Positions 1 through 11,937 of a stretch of 64,000 nt of DNA are shown in pieces. Position 1 is the stretch's first letter. Each line of letters starts with the position of its first letter. The stretch is taken from contig NC_086107.1 of NCBI RefSeq assembly GCF_963921235.1, positions 97,280,001-97,344,000 of the forward strand. Reading direction: 5' to 3'. The stretch is from Mobula hypostoma (taxonomy: Eukaryota). Made by a program: the position numbers and the translations under genes. A model generated the notes under the pieces. The model was not told where the DNA came from. It saw nothing but the letters and a program-made list of their open reading frames with translations, and ran no database searches.

Positions 1-544
1 TATTAATTCCTGATAGTTATCGACAGAGGAATTAATCCAATGTATGCTGCAGTGTTCTTTTGATTGACTGTAAATGAACAAAATCAGTGCAGATTCCTCA
101 TGCAGATGAACGCCTTCAGGCAATGCGTTAGACGACTGCATCCCCCCAAATCTTCATTTTCATTGTATCATTCAAGATGATTGTTGATGCCTTAAAATTC
201 TTTGTAGTTCCTAACTTATTGAAGTAGAAATCCTCTCGTTTTCACTCCTGGTCATTTCTGGTACCTGAATACTTGAAACTTCAGTGAGCAAAACAGTTCT
301 GAATTGACTTTCTGCTTATTAATAGTGACAAAAATCACTGCTTTTTGAACACAAACACAGGCAAGTGACGCTACGTAAAACTGTTCATTCTAAGCACGGT
401 GTAATCTTTAACGCCATGCGATGTGCACATGGCTGGCACTAGTTAGAAAATATACAGCAAAAGTTTCCTGTCCCAGTTAAGCGACATCGTGTCCCAAAGG
501 GAATCCTGGCTTTTTTTGTGTGTGCCATACTCTGCCACTTTGGC

Positions 545-768
545 GACTACTTTTTTGTTTCAAGCGGTTGTCTTGGAGGAAAGATTCTGTGAGTGGTCCC
601 CCACGTCCTTCTCACAGCGCAGTCTTTTTTTTTAATGAGGCCGAGTTGCAAGCTCGACACACAACCCGGCACAGATGGAAAGCGTGCCCGGGAGCGGCCC
701 GACTGGGTTCGAACTCGGGAACCTTCGCTCCAGAGTCCGGCGCTGATGTCACTGCACCACCAGCCGGC
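545..768 (-). mobile_element. tRNA-derived SINE (same family as 13282-13521)
   Basis: Minus strand starts GCCGGCTGGTGGTGCAGTGACATCAGCG...GAGTTCGAACCC (A box/B box). Body matches the + copy at 13282. Confidence 0.75.
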
Positions 769-810
769 GATTCCTGGCTACTTCCTTGATTTAATTTTGT
801 TCTTTAAGAG

Positions 811-1596
811 ATAGAAACATAGAAACATAGAAAATAGGTGCAGGAGTAGGCCATTCGGCCCTTCAAGCCTGCACTGCCATTCAGTATGATCATGGCTGAT
901 CATCCAACTTTCTCTCCATACCCCCTGATCCCTTTAGCCACAAGGGCCATATCTAACTCCCTCTTAAATATAGCCAATGAACTGGCCTCAACTGTTTCCT
1001 GTGGCAGAGAATTCCACAGATTCACCACTCTCTGTGTGAAGAAGTTTTTCCTCATCTCGGTCCTAAAAGGCTTCCCCTTTATCCTTAAACTGTGACCCCT
1101 CGTTCTGGACTTCCCCAACATTGGGAACAATCTTCCTGCATCTAGCCTGTCCAATCCCTTTAGAATTTTATACGTTTCAATAAGATCCCCCCCCACCAAT
1201 CTTCTAAATTCCAGCGAGTATAAGCCTAATCGATCCAGTCTTTCATCATGTGAAAGTCCTGCCACCCCAGGAATCAATCTGGTGAACCTTCTTTGTACTC
1301 CCTCTATGGCAAGAATGTCTTTCCTCAGATTAGGGTACCAAAACTGCACACAATACTCCAGGTGTGGTCTCACCAAGGCCTTGTACAACTGCAGTAGTAC
1401 CTCCCTGCTCCTGTACTCGAATCCTCTTGCTATGAGTGCCAACATACCATTCGCTTTTTTCACCACCTGCTGTACCTGCATGCCCACTTTCAATGACTGG
1501 TGTACAATGACACCCAGGTCTCGTTGCACCTCCCCTTTTCCTAATTGGCCACTATTCAGATAATAATCTGTTTTCCTGTTTTTACCACCAAAGTGG
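811..1596 (-). mobile_element. CR1 LINE, 5'-truncated 3' end (RT C-terminus + 3' UTR); resumes at 2579-2591 after a Rex1 insertion
   Basis: ORF 900..1742(-) contains HFGGKN...RDLGV...LYKALVRPHLEYCVQFW...RGHSL...FFTQRVVNLWNSLP, with an (ATAGAAAC)n tail at 811. Bases 2579-2591 read KCEV on the minus strand, the motif that precedes (I)HFG in CR1. Confidence 0.92.
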
Positions 1597-2578
1597 TTGG
1601 CAGACCACAGTACGTGTGCTTGCAACACTGTGTGTCCGACACAGTGATCAGCAGCACTGGGGCTCCACAGGGGACTGTCTTGTCTCCCTTTCTCTTCACT
1701 ATTTACACCTCGGACTTCAACTACTGCACAGAGTCTTGTCATCTTCAGAAGTTTTCGGATGACTCTGCCATAGTTGGATGCATCAGCAAGGGAGATGAGG
1801 CTGAGTACAGGGCTACGGTAGGAAACTTTGTCACATGGTGTGAGCAGAATTATCTGCAGCTTAATGTGAAAAAGACTAAGGAGCTGGTGGTAGACCTGAG
1901 GAGAGCTAAGGTACCGGTGACCCCTGTTTCCATCCAGGGGGTCAGTGTGGACATGGTGGAGGATTACAAATACCTGGGGATACGAATTGACAATAAACTG
2001 GACTGGTCAAAGAACACTGAGGCTGTCTACAAGAAGGGCCAGAGCCGCCTCCACCTCCCGAGGAGACCGAGGTCCCCCAACATCTGTCAGATGATGCCGA
2101 GGACGCTCCACGAGTCTGCGGTGGCCAGCGCCACCATGCCCGCCGCCGCATGCTGGGGCAGCAGGCCGAAGGCAGCAGACACCAACAGAACCAACAAACT
2201 CATTCGCAAGGCCAGTGGTGCCATGGGGACAGAACTGGACTCCCTGACGGCGGTGTATGAAAAGAGGACGCCACCCAAGCTGCACGCCACCCCGGACAAC
2301 GTCTCCCATCCACCACACAACGAACTGGCAGCCAGACACCCACCCCACCGAGACACAACACTGAGCGCCACAGGAAGCCAACCCCGCCTATGGCCAGCAA
2401 ACTCCACAACTCCTCCCCTGGCCGGTCCTGGACCCACCTCCCAGCATAATTTACATATTACCATTCAACCACTTATGGTTTCATTACTACTCAATTATTC
2501 ACGGTGCAACTGCAACGAACACCAATTTCCCTCAGGATCAATAAAGTATGACTATGACGACTATGACTACTATGACTA
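1597..2578 (+). mobile_element. Rex1/Babar-type LINE, 5'-truncated, 3' half T>C hypermutated
   Basis: RT motifs GAPQGTVLSPFLFTIYT, KFSDDSAIVG, LNVKKTKELVVD, YKYLG; AATAAA at 2540 and (ACTATG)n tail. Confidence 0.9.
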
Positions 2579-2699
2579 AACCTCACATTTAGAAGCTTTG
2601 GGGATTCTCCTAGAGCAACCTCATGCCTTTTCTCAGTCCTCCTAATTTGCTTCTCAAGTGTTCTCTAGCATTTCTTATACTACCAAATAAACAGCTGCC

Positions 2700-2738
2700 C
2701 TGATTAACCAATGGCACAGTTAACCAGATTCCACTGTA
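2700..2738. mobile_element. Probable Tigger/pogo-like DNA transposon end (possibly belonging with the relic at 1-500)
   Basis: Ends ...GTTAACCAGATTCCACTG followed by TA, a Tigger-like CAGTGGAATC terminus. The partner end is not identified. Confidence 0.35.
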
Positions 2739-3744
2739 TATATAAAAAAAATTTAAATGAATTAAGTAGTGCAAAAAGAGAGCAAAAACAGAGTGAGGTA
2801 GTGTTCGTGGGTTTGCTGTTGAGTCAGAAATCTGTTGACCGAGGGGAATAAGCGACTTCTAAAGCTTTGAGTGTGTGTCTTCTGGCTCCTGAACCTCCTC
2901 TCTGATGGTGGCTATGAGAAGAGGGTTTGTCCTGGGTGATGGAGGTCCTTAATGACAGATGCCGCCTTCTGTAGGTATCCCCAATGCTGGAGAGGCTAGT
3001 GACCATGATGGAACCCCTTCCTTCTGGTGGTTTCAGTTCCTTTCTACTGTAGCCATTTAAACTTAGTGCAATCCCAGCAAATGAATGAATTAACAGAGAT
3101 TCCAAGCTGACAGGGAGCTTTAGGAGAGTAAATAGGAGGTTTTTACCCGCACATCTGAGGATCTGGATGCCGAGTTAGTAGAAACCTTTGGGTGCTGGAA
3201 GAGGAGGAAATTAACAGGAGGTGGGACTCATTTATATGAATATAACTCTTATAAAAGTCAGGAGGAGTACTTGTCAACCTGAGCTCACCCTGTCATTCAA
3301 CAAGCTGCTGGAGGAACTGCGTGGTCAAGCTGCAACCATGGAGGACAAGAGATGGCCCACATTTCAGCTGGGGGCCCTGACCCACTGAGTCCCTCCAGCA
3401 GTTTGTTGTTTGTTTCAGGTTCCAGCATCCACAGCCTCTTGTGTCTTCTCCATTCAACAAGATCACGGCCGATTTACCTCAACCCTCACTTTTCTGGACT
3501 ATCCCAGTATCTTCCAATTCCTCTGACATCCATAAATCTATCAACCTCGAGATTTAACTCCAACAGTGGCTGAGGCTCCAGAACTACCAGGATAAGTAAT
3601 GCTAAAGGAAACTTACCTCAGCATTAAGTGGCTTCCCCTCAATCAGGGGAAACACCCTCTTTATCCTCAACTCATTGAATCCTCTATCTCAGGGCCTAAT
3701 AACCTCCCGTGACCTGTGCACTTTCATGAACTAATTCAAGAATC

Positions 3745-4475
3745 AGAAACAGGTTTATTATCACAGACATATGTCATCAACTGTGTTGTTTTTGCATTGT
3801 GTTAAAATTACCAGAAATTACAGTAAGAATATGTAAAAAGTCTAGAAATAGAGCAAGAAGCGATCAAAGTAGTGAGGAAGAGTTCATGGGTTTGTGGACC
3901 ATTCAGAATTCTGATGGGGGCGGGGAAGAAGCTGCTGATGAATCATTGCGTGTGTCTCTTCAGCCTTCTGCACCACCTCCCTCATGGTAGTAATGAGACG
4001 AGGGCTTGCCCAGGATGATGAGGCTCCTTAATTATGGATGACACCTTCCTGAGGCATCACCTGTTGAAGATGTCCTCAATGGTGGGGAGGATAGTACCCA
4101 TGATGGAACTTGTCTACAACCCTCTGCAGCTTTTTTCATCCCTGTGCAGTGGCCCTTCCAGACTAGACACTGATGTAACCAGTCAGAATGCTCTCCAAGG
4201 TACATCTGTAGAAATTTGCTACTGTTTAGTGACATGCCAAATTTCCTTAAACTTCTAATGAAATGTAACCATCGGTATGGCTCCTTCATAATTTCATTAA
4301 TATATCAGGCCCAGGATAGATCATCTGAGATATTGACACCTAGAAATTTGAAGCGGTTCGTCCTTTCCATTGCTGATCACTCGATGAGGACTGGTGTGTG
4401 TTCTCCCAATTTCTTCTCCCTGAAGTCTACAGTCAGTTCTATGGTCTTGCTAATGTTGAGTGCAAGGTTGCTGTT
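3745..4475 (-). mobile_element. Degenerate Rex1/Babar-like LINE 3' fragment (a shorter one lies at about 2745-3010)
   Basis: Minus-strand peptide LHFIRSLRKFGMS with frameshifted continuation. Terminal AATAAACCTG(A)TTCTGA-type tail shared with other copies in the window. Confidence 0.7.
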
Positions 4476-4649
4476 ACAACTCAACTCTCAATGTCACCAC
4501 TCAATTGATGATATTGGGTTTCTTAATCATCAGAACTCAGAGAAGAAGGCTTTGCAGTTGAATGCCCCAGCTCTTCCCCTATGGAACCGAGGTTGTTGCT
4601 TGGCCCAGAATGCCACTGAGAACTAACATCACAACATATAGATAAGAAA

Positions 4650-5178
4650 CCAAGAGATTCTGCAGATCCAGGAAATCCAGAGCAAAACACACAAAATGCT
4701 GGAGGAACTCAGCAGGTCACGCAGGTCATCTAGGGAGAGGGTTTCAGCCTGAAATGTCCACTGTTTATTCCTCTCCATAGATGCTGCCTAATCTGCTGAG
4801 TTCCTCCAGCATTTTGTGTGTGTTACAATACAAAGGACATGTTTCAGTCCAAGCAACACACACACAAAAGCGCTGGAGGAACTGAGAAGGCCAGGCAGCA
4901 TCTATGGAAAAGAGTACAGTCGACATTTTGGGCCAAGTCCCTTCCTCAGGACTGGAGAGAAAAAGAGAGGAGTCAGAGTTAGGAAGTAGGGGGAGCGGAG
5001 GAAGAAATACTAGGTGAAACCGGGAAGGGTGGGAGGGGTGAAGTAAAGAGCTGGGAAGTTGATTGGTGAAAGAGAAGTGGGGGGTGGAATCTAATAGGAG
5101 AGGACAGAGGCCATGAAAGAAAGAAAAAGGGGGAGGAGCACCAGAGAGTACAGGCAAGGAGATGAGGTGAGAGAGGGA
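4650..5178 (-). mobile_element. Penelope-like terminal-repeat (pLTR) fragments: fold-back hairpin plus a copy with a decayed hammerhead
   Basis: Matches the 3' repeat of the PLE at 50597-51020. Inverted arms at 4687-4823. Hammerhead-like CTGAGGA-AGGG...CCC-AAAA-TGTC at 4917-4954(-). Confidence 0.75.
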
Positions 5179-5179
5179 A

Positions 5180-5810
5180 AACCATATAACCATATAACAA
5201 TTACAGCACGGAAACAGGTCATCTTGGCCCTTCTAGTCCGTGCTGAACTCTTACTCTCATCTAGTCCCACTGACCTGCACTCAGCCCATAACCCTCCATT
5301 CCTTTCCTGTCCATATATCTATCCAATTTAACTTTAAATGACAACATCGAACCTGCCTCAACCACTTCTGCTGGAAGCTCATTCCACGCAGCTACCACTC
5401 TCTCAGTAAAGAAGTTCCCCCTCATGTTACCCTTAAACTTTTGTCCTTTAACTCTTAACTCATGTCCTCTTGTTTGAATTGTCCCCACTCTCAATGGAAA
5501 AAGCCTATCCACGTCAACTCTCTCAATCCCCTTCATAATTTTAAACACCTCTTTCAAGTCTCCCCTCAACCTTCTACGCTCCAAAGAATAAAGACCTAAC
5601 TTGTTCAACCTTTCTCTGTAACTTAGGAGATGAAACCCAGGCAACATTTTAGTAAACCTCCTCCGTACTCTCTCAATTTTATTGACATCTTTCCTATAAT
5701 TCGGTGACCAGAACTGTACACAATACTCCAAATTTGGCCCTACCAGTGCCCTATACAATTTCAACATTACATCTCAACTCCTATACTCAATGCTCTGATT
5801 AATAAAGGCC
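5180..5810 (-). mobile_element. CR1 LINE 3' fragment
   Basis: ORF 5261..5767(-): LEYCVQFWSP...RGHEL...FFTERVV..WNELP; (AACCATAT)n tail. Same subfamily as 35430-36030. Confidence 0.92.
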
Positions 5811-6410
5811 ACCCTATCCACATGAGATTTCACTGCATAGCTAAGCATATACTGGATGGCCGGCTCTCCAAAGAAGGTGCTTCAGAGCCAAGGAGATTTG
5901 CTAGACCAACCTTAATTGCCCAGGAGTAGGTGGGTGGGGGAGAGAAATTTCTCGACTTATTTCTTCCAACCCAGTCTCGTGTGTGTGCCCTTGGCCTTCA
6001 GATAGGGAAAGGTGGCATCGACCTTGATCTCTTGCCATGCTGAACTAGATTGTTTACAGAAAAAAGAGCCTGGCTGTTTCCAACCACTGGTCCAAGCCTG
6101 GATTCCTGGCACCTGCCCATGCCAGCACCCTGCCCCATCTGTGTGCTAGGCATGAGCCCTGACCACAGTTACTGAGTGCTGATCAGGACGATTCCCTTCA
6201 TTCATCCCTGACGGTTCTGACCAGTGGCCAGGATAGGCCTACTGTGGGAGCTACATCAATGTTAGAAACCTCCCTTGGCAGATGGCTAGTTCTTTTTTCT
6301 AAAATAAACTTTATTCAGTTTGTTTTAGGAACAGTTTCTTCCCCTCTAATGTCAGATTTCTGAAGGGATAGTGAACCCATGTATATTCCCTATCATTTTT
6401 GCTGCTTTAG

Positions 6411-6414
<4 letters not shown>

Positions 6415-6460
<46 letters not shown>
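6415..6460. repeat. (TA)n microsatellite
   Basis: Perfect TA run. Confidence 0.95.
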
Positions 6461-6462
<2 letters not shown>

Positions 6463-6599
6463 GTATCCTATATCTAACTGTATATATAATTATATAACTG
6501 TAATACATAGTTTTTTATTCTGTATCGTGTTGTACTGCTGCTACAAAACAACAAATTTCATGACATATGCCAGTGATATTAAACCTGATTCTGATTCCT

Positions 6600-7965
6600 A
6601 CTCATAATAAAATATATAACAGAAGAAACAGCAAACTTTTACATTCATCGCCACTATGTTCAATAGTACAAGCTTTTATTTTAAAGAAAAACAGACATAG
6701 CACCATGCTATTCATGCGACTTCCTGGGGTGACATGCCCTGTTCAATGCGCGATGGGTTTCTCTGCCTCTCCTCGTGCAGTAATGCAAGGAGCCTGGACT
6801 GTGGTATCTGCACCGAGCTTCAGTGCATCCCTCAGCACGTACTCAAATGTGCCAGTCAGCAGAACTCCTCTGCGGACATCTCAATGTGTTGGCGGGCCAA
6901 CAGGTTTCGGGCAGACGAAAGCATCTTTCACTGAGCTGGGGATCTTCCAGCAGCACTTGATGCCTGTCTCTGTGTTTATCTGTGGAAAAACCCATAGATC
7001 AGAGAGTCCTCTGTTGCACAGCTGTTGGGGATGAACTGGGACACAGACCCCCGAGACCAGTTCAGTACCATCTTTGCCAATACAAAGGTATGATTGACTA
7101 TCTCTTCCTCACTGCCACCATCCCGAAGGCAGCATGCATTGAACGTGATGAGTCCTCTGTACAGGAAGGACCTGATTGGGAGGGCCCCTCTCATCACCAG
7201 CCAAATGAGGTCTTGGTGAGATCTGGTGCTGACAGATGTTTTGTTTGGAAAGTCTGCTGAGGAAACACCCATCGAGTCCTTCTCCTGCAGAACCTGCAGG
7301 ATGTTCCATGCTGACCACTGCCTGATGGACCTGTGGTCAAAGGTTTTGGTCTGGAAGAGCGTTTTTGCCATGAACACGTAGTGTTGCAGTGTCCAGTTGA
7401 ATGGGACATTGTGGGGTCAGACCCATCCTTCACAACACCAGGGACTGGAAGAATCTCAGTAGGTTGTGGTACTTGGTGCCCACATACTTTGATTCCACAC
7501 GTATTCTGATGCAGCCACACGCTAAAGTGGGTATCAGGATGAGGGCAACATTGGATACACATTTGCCCCCATTTTCGGAGGATTTATGCATCATGATTCA
7601 CTGGATCTGTTCCATCCTGAGGAACTGGAAGATAACCCAGGTTATTACCGAGGCAGAGGAGGGAGGAACAGGCCCCACCTACGCCTCATACCTCACACCA
7701 GATGACCAAGTCCTTCCCAGTTATTGACGGAGAAGATCATTTCCACAGACCTCAAATTTTGTTTTGCCTTCCTAGTCCGCTCCTGCAAACTCTTGCTGCG
7801 CGCCTCGGCCCCTCCGAGCCAGATCCCCAACACCTTCATATAGTCAGACCTGATCGTGAAGGGGGTCACTGAATCAGTGGGGCCAGTTGCCAAAGAACGT
7901 GGCCTCAACGTCTGCACGGTTAACTCTGGCCCCAGATGTCGACTCAAACTGGTCGCAGATGCTGA
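6600..7965 (-). mobile_element. L1/Tx1-clade LINE ORF2 3' fragment, frameshifted
   Basis: Minus-strand peptides KVLGIWLG, DLIWLVMRGALPIRSFLY and a decayed C..C....E...H knuckle (CCLRDGGSEEEIVNH), typical of Tx1/L1 ORF2 C-termini. Confidence 0.75.
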
Positions 7966-9518
7966 TCAACCTGCGAGCATGGCGACATAATTGGGTGCGT
8001 GGGGTGCTGAAGCACTGCAGTGTCTCAAGCCCACCCTTCTCCTGCAGTAACAGTGCACTTCTCCTTTAAGGGGGCAAGATCCCTTTAAGTGAGGGCAGTG
8101 CACTTTCCAGTGCCCAGGAGAGGTATGCAGCCACCAAGCATTTAAGAGTTAACCACATTGGTGGGTTTGTAGTCACATTTAGGGGCAACCCCTTTCCCCC
8201 CTGTTTTGGGCTGTCATCTACCGCCACATACTGACCGAAGCCCCTTCCCTCTGAGACAGCTTCCTGCCATGCTGCTTAGCAGCAACGTTCCAGTGAAGAT
8301 TAAGCGGCTTCTTGGGCCTGACACACATCCCCCGGCGCCTGCCCTGAGAGTTAAGTAGTGTAAAGACAGGAGAAGGTGGCAGGAGGAACGGTGGCTGAGC
8401 TACTCGGGAAGTGAGGACAGGGACCCAGTTGCCGGATTTGCGGGACATTGATGAACAGCCTTTGAGATTTGAAACTAGTGCATCTTTTCCATTAGCAGGT
8501 GCTGAATGGGTCTGTCACGCAGTTCCAGCAGACCTGGTTCAGCTCTTGGCTCAACTCAAAAAACGGGATGGGGAATGGTGAAGGAGGCAGGAGGACATGT
8601 TTCTTGAAGAGAAAGGGAGGGCAGAGGGGAGGAGAGGAAGGAGAAGGATGTCACACCCAACTCCAGTTACTGTGGGGGGGGGGTGTTGCATGCCAGCCTT
8701 AATATGGACTGGGCTGACATTTAAAAGCAGTCAGAATCCATGGGCAGTGGCAAGAATAATTAGTAGAGCACTAATCGTTTGCAATCCCTGAGCCCAAGGC
8801 ATTCACTGAGTTCCACTTGAAAGCACAGAGTTCAACTGTGTGCCAAGGATGTTGCTGTTCTTGTCTTGTAGTGACTGTGGCGTGAAATCTGTTTATCAAT
8901 AGAAGAAAGTAAACAGTGCTGACATGTTCAGAGGAGCCGCAGGGGTGAGGAATGCCTTGGCGTAAATAATGGACGAGCACTTAGCACTGCTGTTGCCACT
9001 CGGCGGTGTGTCCAACAGGAACAAGACCGGAAGATGGCCAGGGTAGCTTCCAGTTACTGATCTGATCGTCCCGGCTGTGCCCATCCTCACCCCAGTTTCC
9101 TGTGGCCAGCGGCTCCATGTGAAAATGCTCCTTCGCGGAATCTGCTTTTCAGTGGGTCTAGACGCAGGGAAGTGCTGCCTGAAAGCAGGGTCAGTCGCAG
9201 CAATTACAGTGCAAACTGGATAAGTATCAGAAGGATGTGGCCATTTGGCCCCTCTAGCCAATTCTGTCACTCAGATCATGGCAAATCAACTACAGCATCA
9301 TTTCCTGTGTCGCCCGATATCCACAAATCCTCGCCTTTCCGCCATTCCTGTCACAATGCTTGGGGAATGGGTGGGGAGAGAGCTAAACAATGCTTGGTTC
9401 TGGTTTAATCCTGCCACGGTCTGGGGGCTTCCAGATGACCCACTCTGAAAACAACCTGTTAATGCTCAGAACGAAGCCTGGAGAATGGAGGCTAGAGGAC
9501 TGTCCTGGAGTTGGAGGA

Positions 9519-9922
9519 GTGTTTGTGCGTGTTTGTGTGTGTGTGTGTTTGTGAATGTGTGTGAATGTGTGTGTGTGTGTGTGAATGTGTGTATGTGTGT
9601 GTGTGTTTGTGTGTGAATGTGTGTGTGTTTGTGTGAATGTGTGTATGTGTGTGTGTATGTGTGTGTGTGTGTTTGTGTGTGAATGTGTGTGTGTGTATTT
9701 GTGTGTGTGTGTGTTTGCGTGTGTGTGTATTTGCGTGTGTGTGTGAATGTGTGTATGTGTGTGAATGTGTGTGTGTGTGTGTGTGTGAATGTGTGTGTGT
9801 GTGTTTGTGTGTGTGTGAATGTGTGTATGTGTGTGTGTGTGAATGTGTGTGTGTGTTTGTGTGTGTGTGTGTTTGCGTGTGTGTGTTTGTGTGTGTGTGT
9901 GAATGTGTGTATGTGTGTGTTT

Positions 9923-9967
<45 letters not shown>

Positions 9968-9990
9968 TGAGTGTTTCTGTGTATGCGTGA
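9519..9990. repeat. Compound (GT)n microsatellite with GAAT/TAT/TTT interruptions
   Basis: Seen directly; it explains the HT/CV-repeat ORFs. Confidence 0.95.
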
Positions 9991-10221
9991 GAGAGAAGGG
10001 GCTTGTTTTGCTGTTCCTGTTTTGTTTTTTATTGTGCTCTGCTTTATTGGGTTCTGCGTTGCTCTGCCAACGATTATGGGCATGCTGTGTTGGCACCAGA
10101 GTGTGTGGCAACACTTGCGGGTGGCCCCCAGCACATCCCCAACTTGTGTTGGGGGTTGTTAACACAAATGAACCATTTCACTGTATGTTTCGGTAAATAA
10201 ATCTGAACCTGGATTTCAAAT

Positions 10222-10380
10222 AAGAGAAAATCTGTAGATGCTGGAAATCCAGGTAACGCACACAAAATGTCGGAGGAACTCAGCAGGGCAGGCAGCATCT
10301 ATGGAAGGGTACAGTCGACATCTCTGGCTGAGACCCTTCAGCAGGACTGGATCCGGAATTCCAGCATCTGCAGAATCCCT
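10222..10380 (-). mobile_element. PLE terminal-repeat fragment with short inverted end
   Basis: GATGCTGGAAATCC ... GGAATTCCAGCATC inverted ends; decayed hammerhead at about 10312-10349(-). Confidence 0.7.
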
Positions 10381-10559
10381 CGTATTTATGCTAATGAAAC
10401 CCATGTTATCCATGAGGACATTTCCCAGGGTAACTGAACATATACCGGGAAGTGCTCTTCTATCTCTGCTTGTGGCCAGCTCCATAAACTTCCCCCTCCA
10501 TTGACCCGTTCAGTTGTGACCCCTCCCTCCCTTCGAACTGAATGCCCACCTTAGATAAA

Positions 10560-10900
10560 GTGGGCGCGGAAAAGACGTTTCCTATCGTGGGGGAGTCTAG
10601 CACCAGAGGGAACAGCCTCAGAAAACCTTAGGTGGAAGGATGTCCCTTTAGAACAGAGATGAGGAGAAATTTCTTCAGTCAGAGGGTGGTGAATTGGTGG
10701 AATTCATGCCACAGATGACTGTGGGGGTCAAGTCATTGGATATATTCAAAGTAGGGGTTGATAGGTTCGTAATTATGAAGGGTGTTAAAGGTTATGGGAG
10801 AAGGCAGGAGAATGGGGTTAAGAAGGATAATAAATCAGTTATGATAGAATGGCAGAGACTTTGTGGGCTGAATGGCCATATTCTGCTCTGATGTCTTATG
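10560..10900 (+). mobile_element. CR1 LINE 3' fragment
   Basis: FRTEMRRNFFSQRVVN-type sequence followed by a CR1 3' UTR. Confidence 0.8.
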
Positions 10901-11937
10901 GACTGACATTGCCTTCCCCCCTGTGCCACTTACCAAGCTTATCTCACTGATTTCCAACAGCCTCTGTCAGTCTAACCTCAACCCTAATGCAGCATCGGGG
11001 AGCAGGTGGGGCTGAACCCGCCACAGCAAGAACACTACCCTCTCGGCAGTGACTGATTGTTCGAACCCTTGCTGGGTGATCTGCCAGTAGTGAACCATTG
11101 ACGCAGGAGCCAGTTGATCTACGCCCTCAGCCTGCAACCTGAGCCGGTGTCTCACAGTTAATCAATGGCAGGACTCTTGCACAGAGCAGTGAGCCAGCCC
11201 GTCGGGGACAGGTACGGAGCAGACGGTTGCCAGTTTGCTCCATGTCACTGAGGGCAGCTCACACACCATCCACACTGACTCGCGACCCCTCCCTCAGGAT
11301 GGCACTGTGCCACTTCCATACCTACCAGAAGGTTTCTCGTGTCTGTGTTGAGGCAGGATAAGGTGGGGGTAAAGCCTCCGGGTGTGACGAGTTTCACCTG
11401 AAAGGACATTGCAGAATATTGGCTGATGGACAACGTCTGGGATTGCGTGAGAAGATCGTCTCCCAGCCATTGATCTGTGGGGTCTCAGTGCCTGCTTGCT
11501 TCTTCCTCTCTCAGGGACGAGGGTACAGCCCAAGGGCACAGCTATGCTTTGCTACCTTGTCCATACACAGAGACCACTACTGAGCAAAAGACCTCCAAGT
11601 CAAAGTTGTGGAACTATCCAGCATGGAAACAGGCTGTGTAGACTAACCATCAAGCAACCATTTATACTGATTCTACACCAATTTAATGTTCTTCTTTCTA
11701 TTGTGACTGCCAACAAGAACCAGCGGAGAGACACACAGCTGGTTGTATCAAAGTCTTTATTCAGCACACACAAGCTGACAGAATCTGGAGCCACTCTAAG
11801 CCAACATTACATCACATTTTTATATGCTGAAGATCAATGGTAACAGTAGGACAACTTCTATAGTTACAATGCATTCAAAGTGCTTCCTTTGAGGTGCGTA
11901 TAATTTTCAAACACCTAGATCTTCACACCAACACATT

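Noticed and set aside
900..1742. Overlapping bidirectional RT genes (900..1742 minus and 1545..2579 plus)
   Set aside because: The overlap is read-through across the CR1/Rex1 junction at 1596/1597; these are two truncated LINE remnants.
2039..2515. CpG-island or APOBEC/CpG-decay explanation for the C-rich Rex1 segment
   Set aside because: The change is T>C only on this strand, the opposite direction to cytosine deamination. The CpGs appear to be by-products of TG>CG.
8896..9190. Possible minus-strand terminal exon (acceptor-like CCCTGCTTTCAG)
   Set aside because: No recognisable protein in any frame and no partner exons identified.
9383..10196. His/Thr- and Cys/Val-rich ORFs
   Set aside because: Translations of the (GT)n microsatellite.
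11702..11935. Possible small solo LTR (TG...CA, minus-strand AATAAA)
   Set aside because: No matching TSD found, so the boundaries are unsupported.
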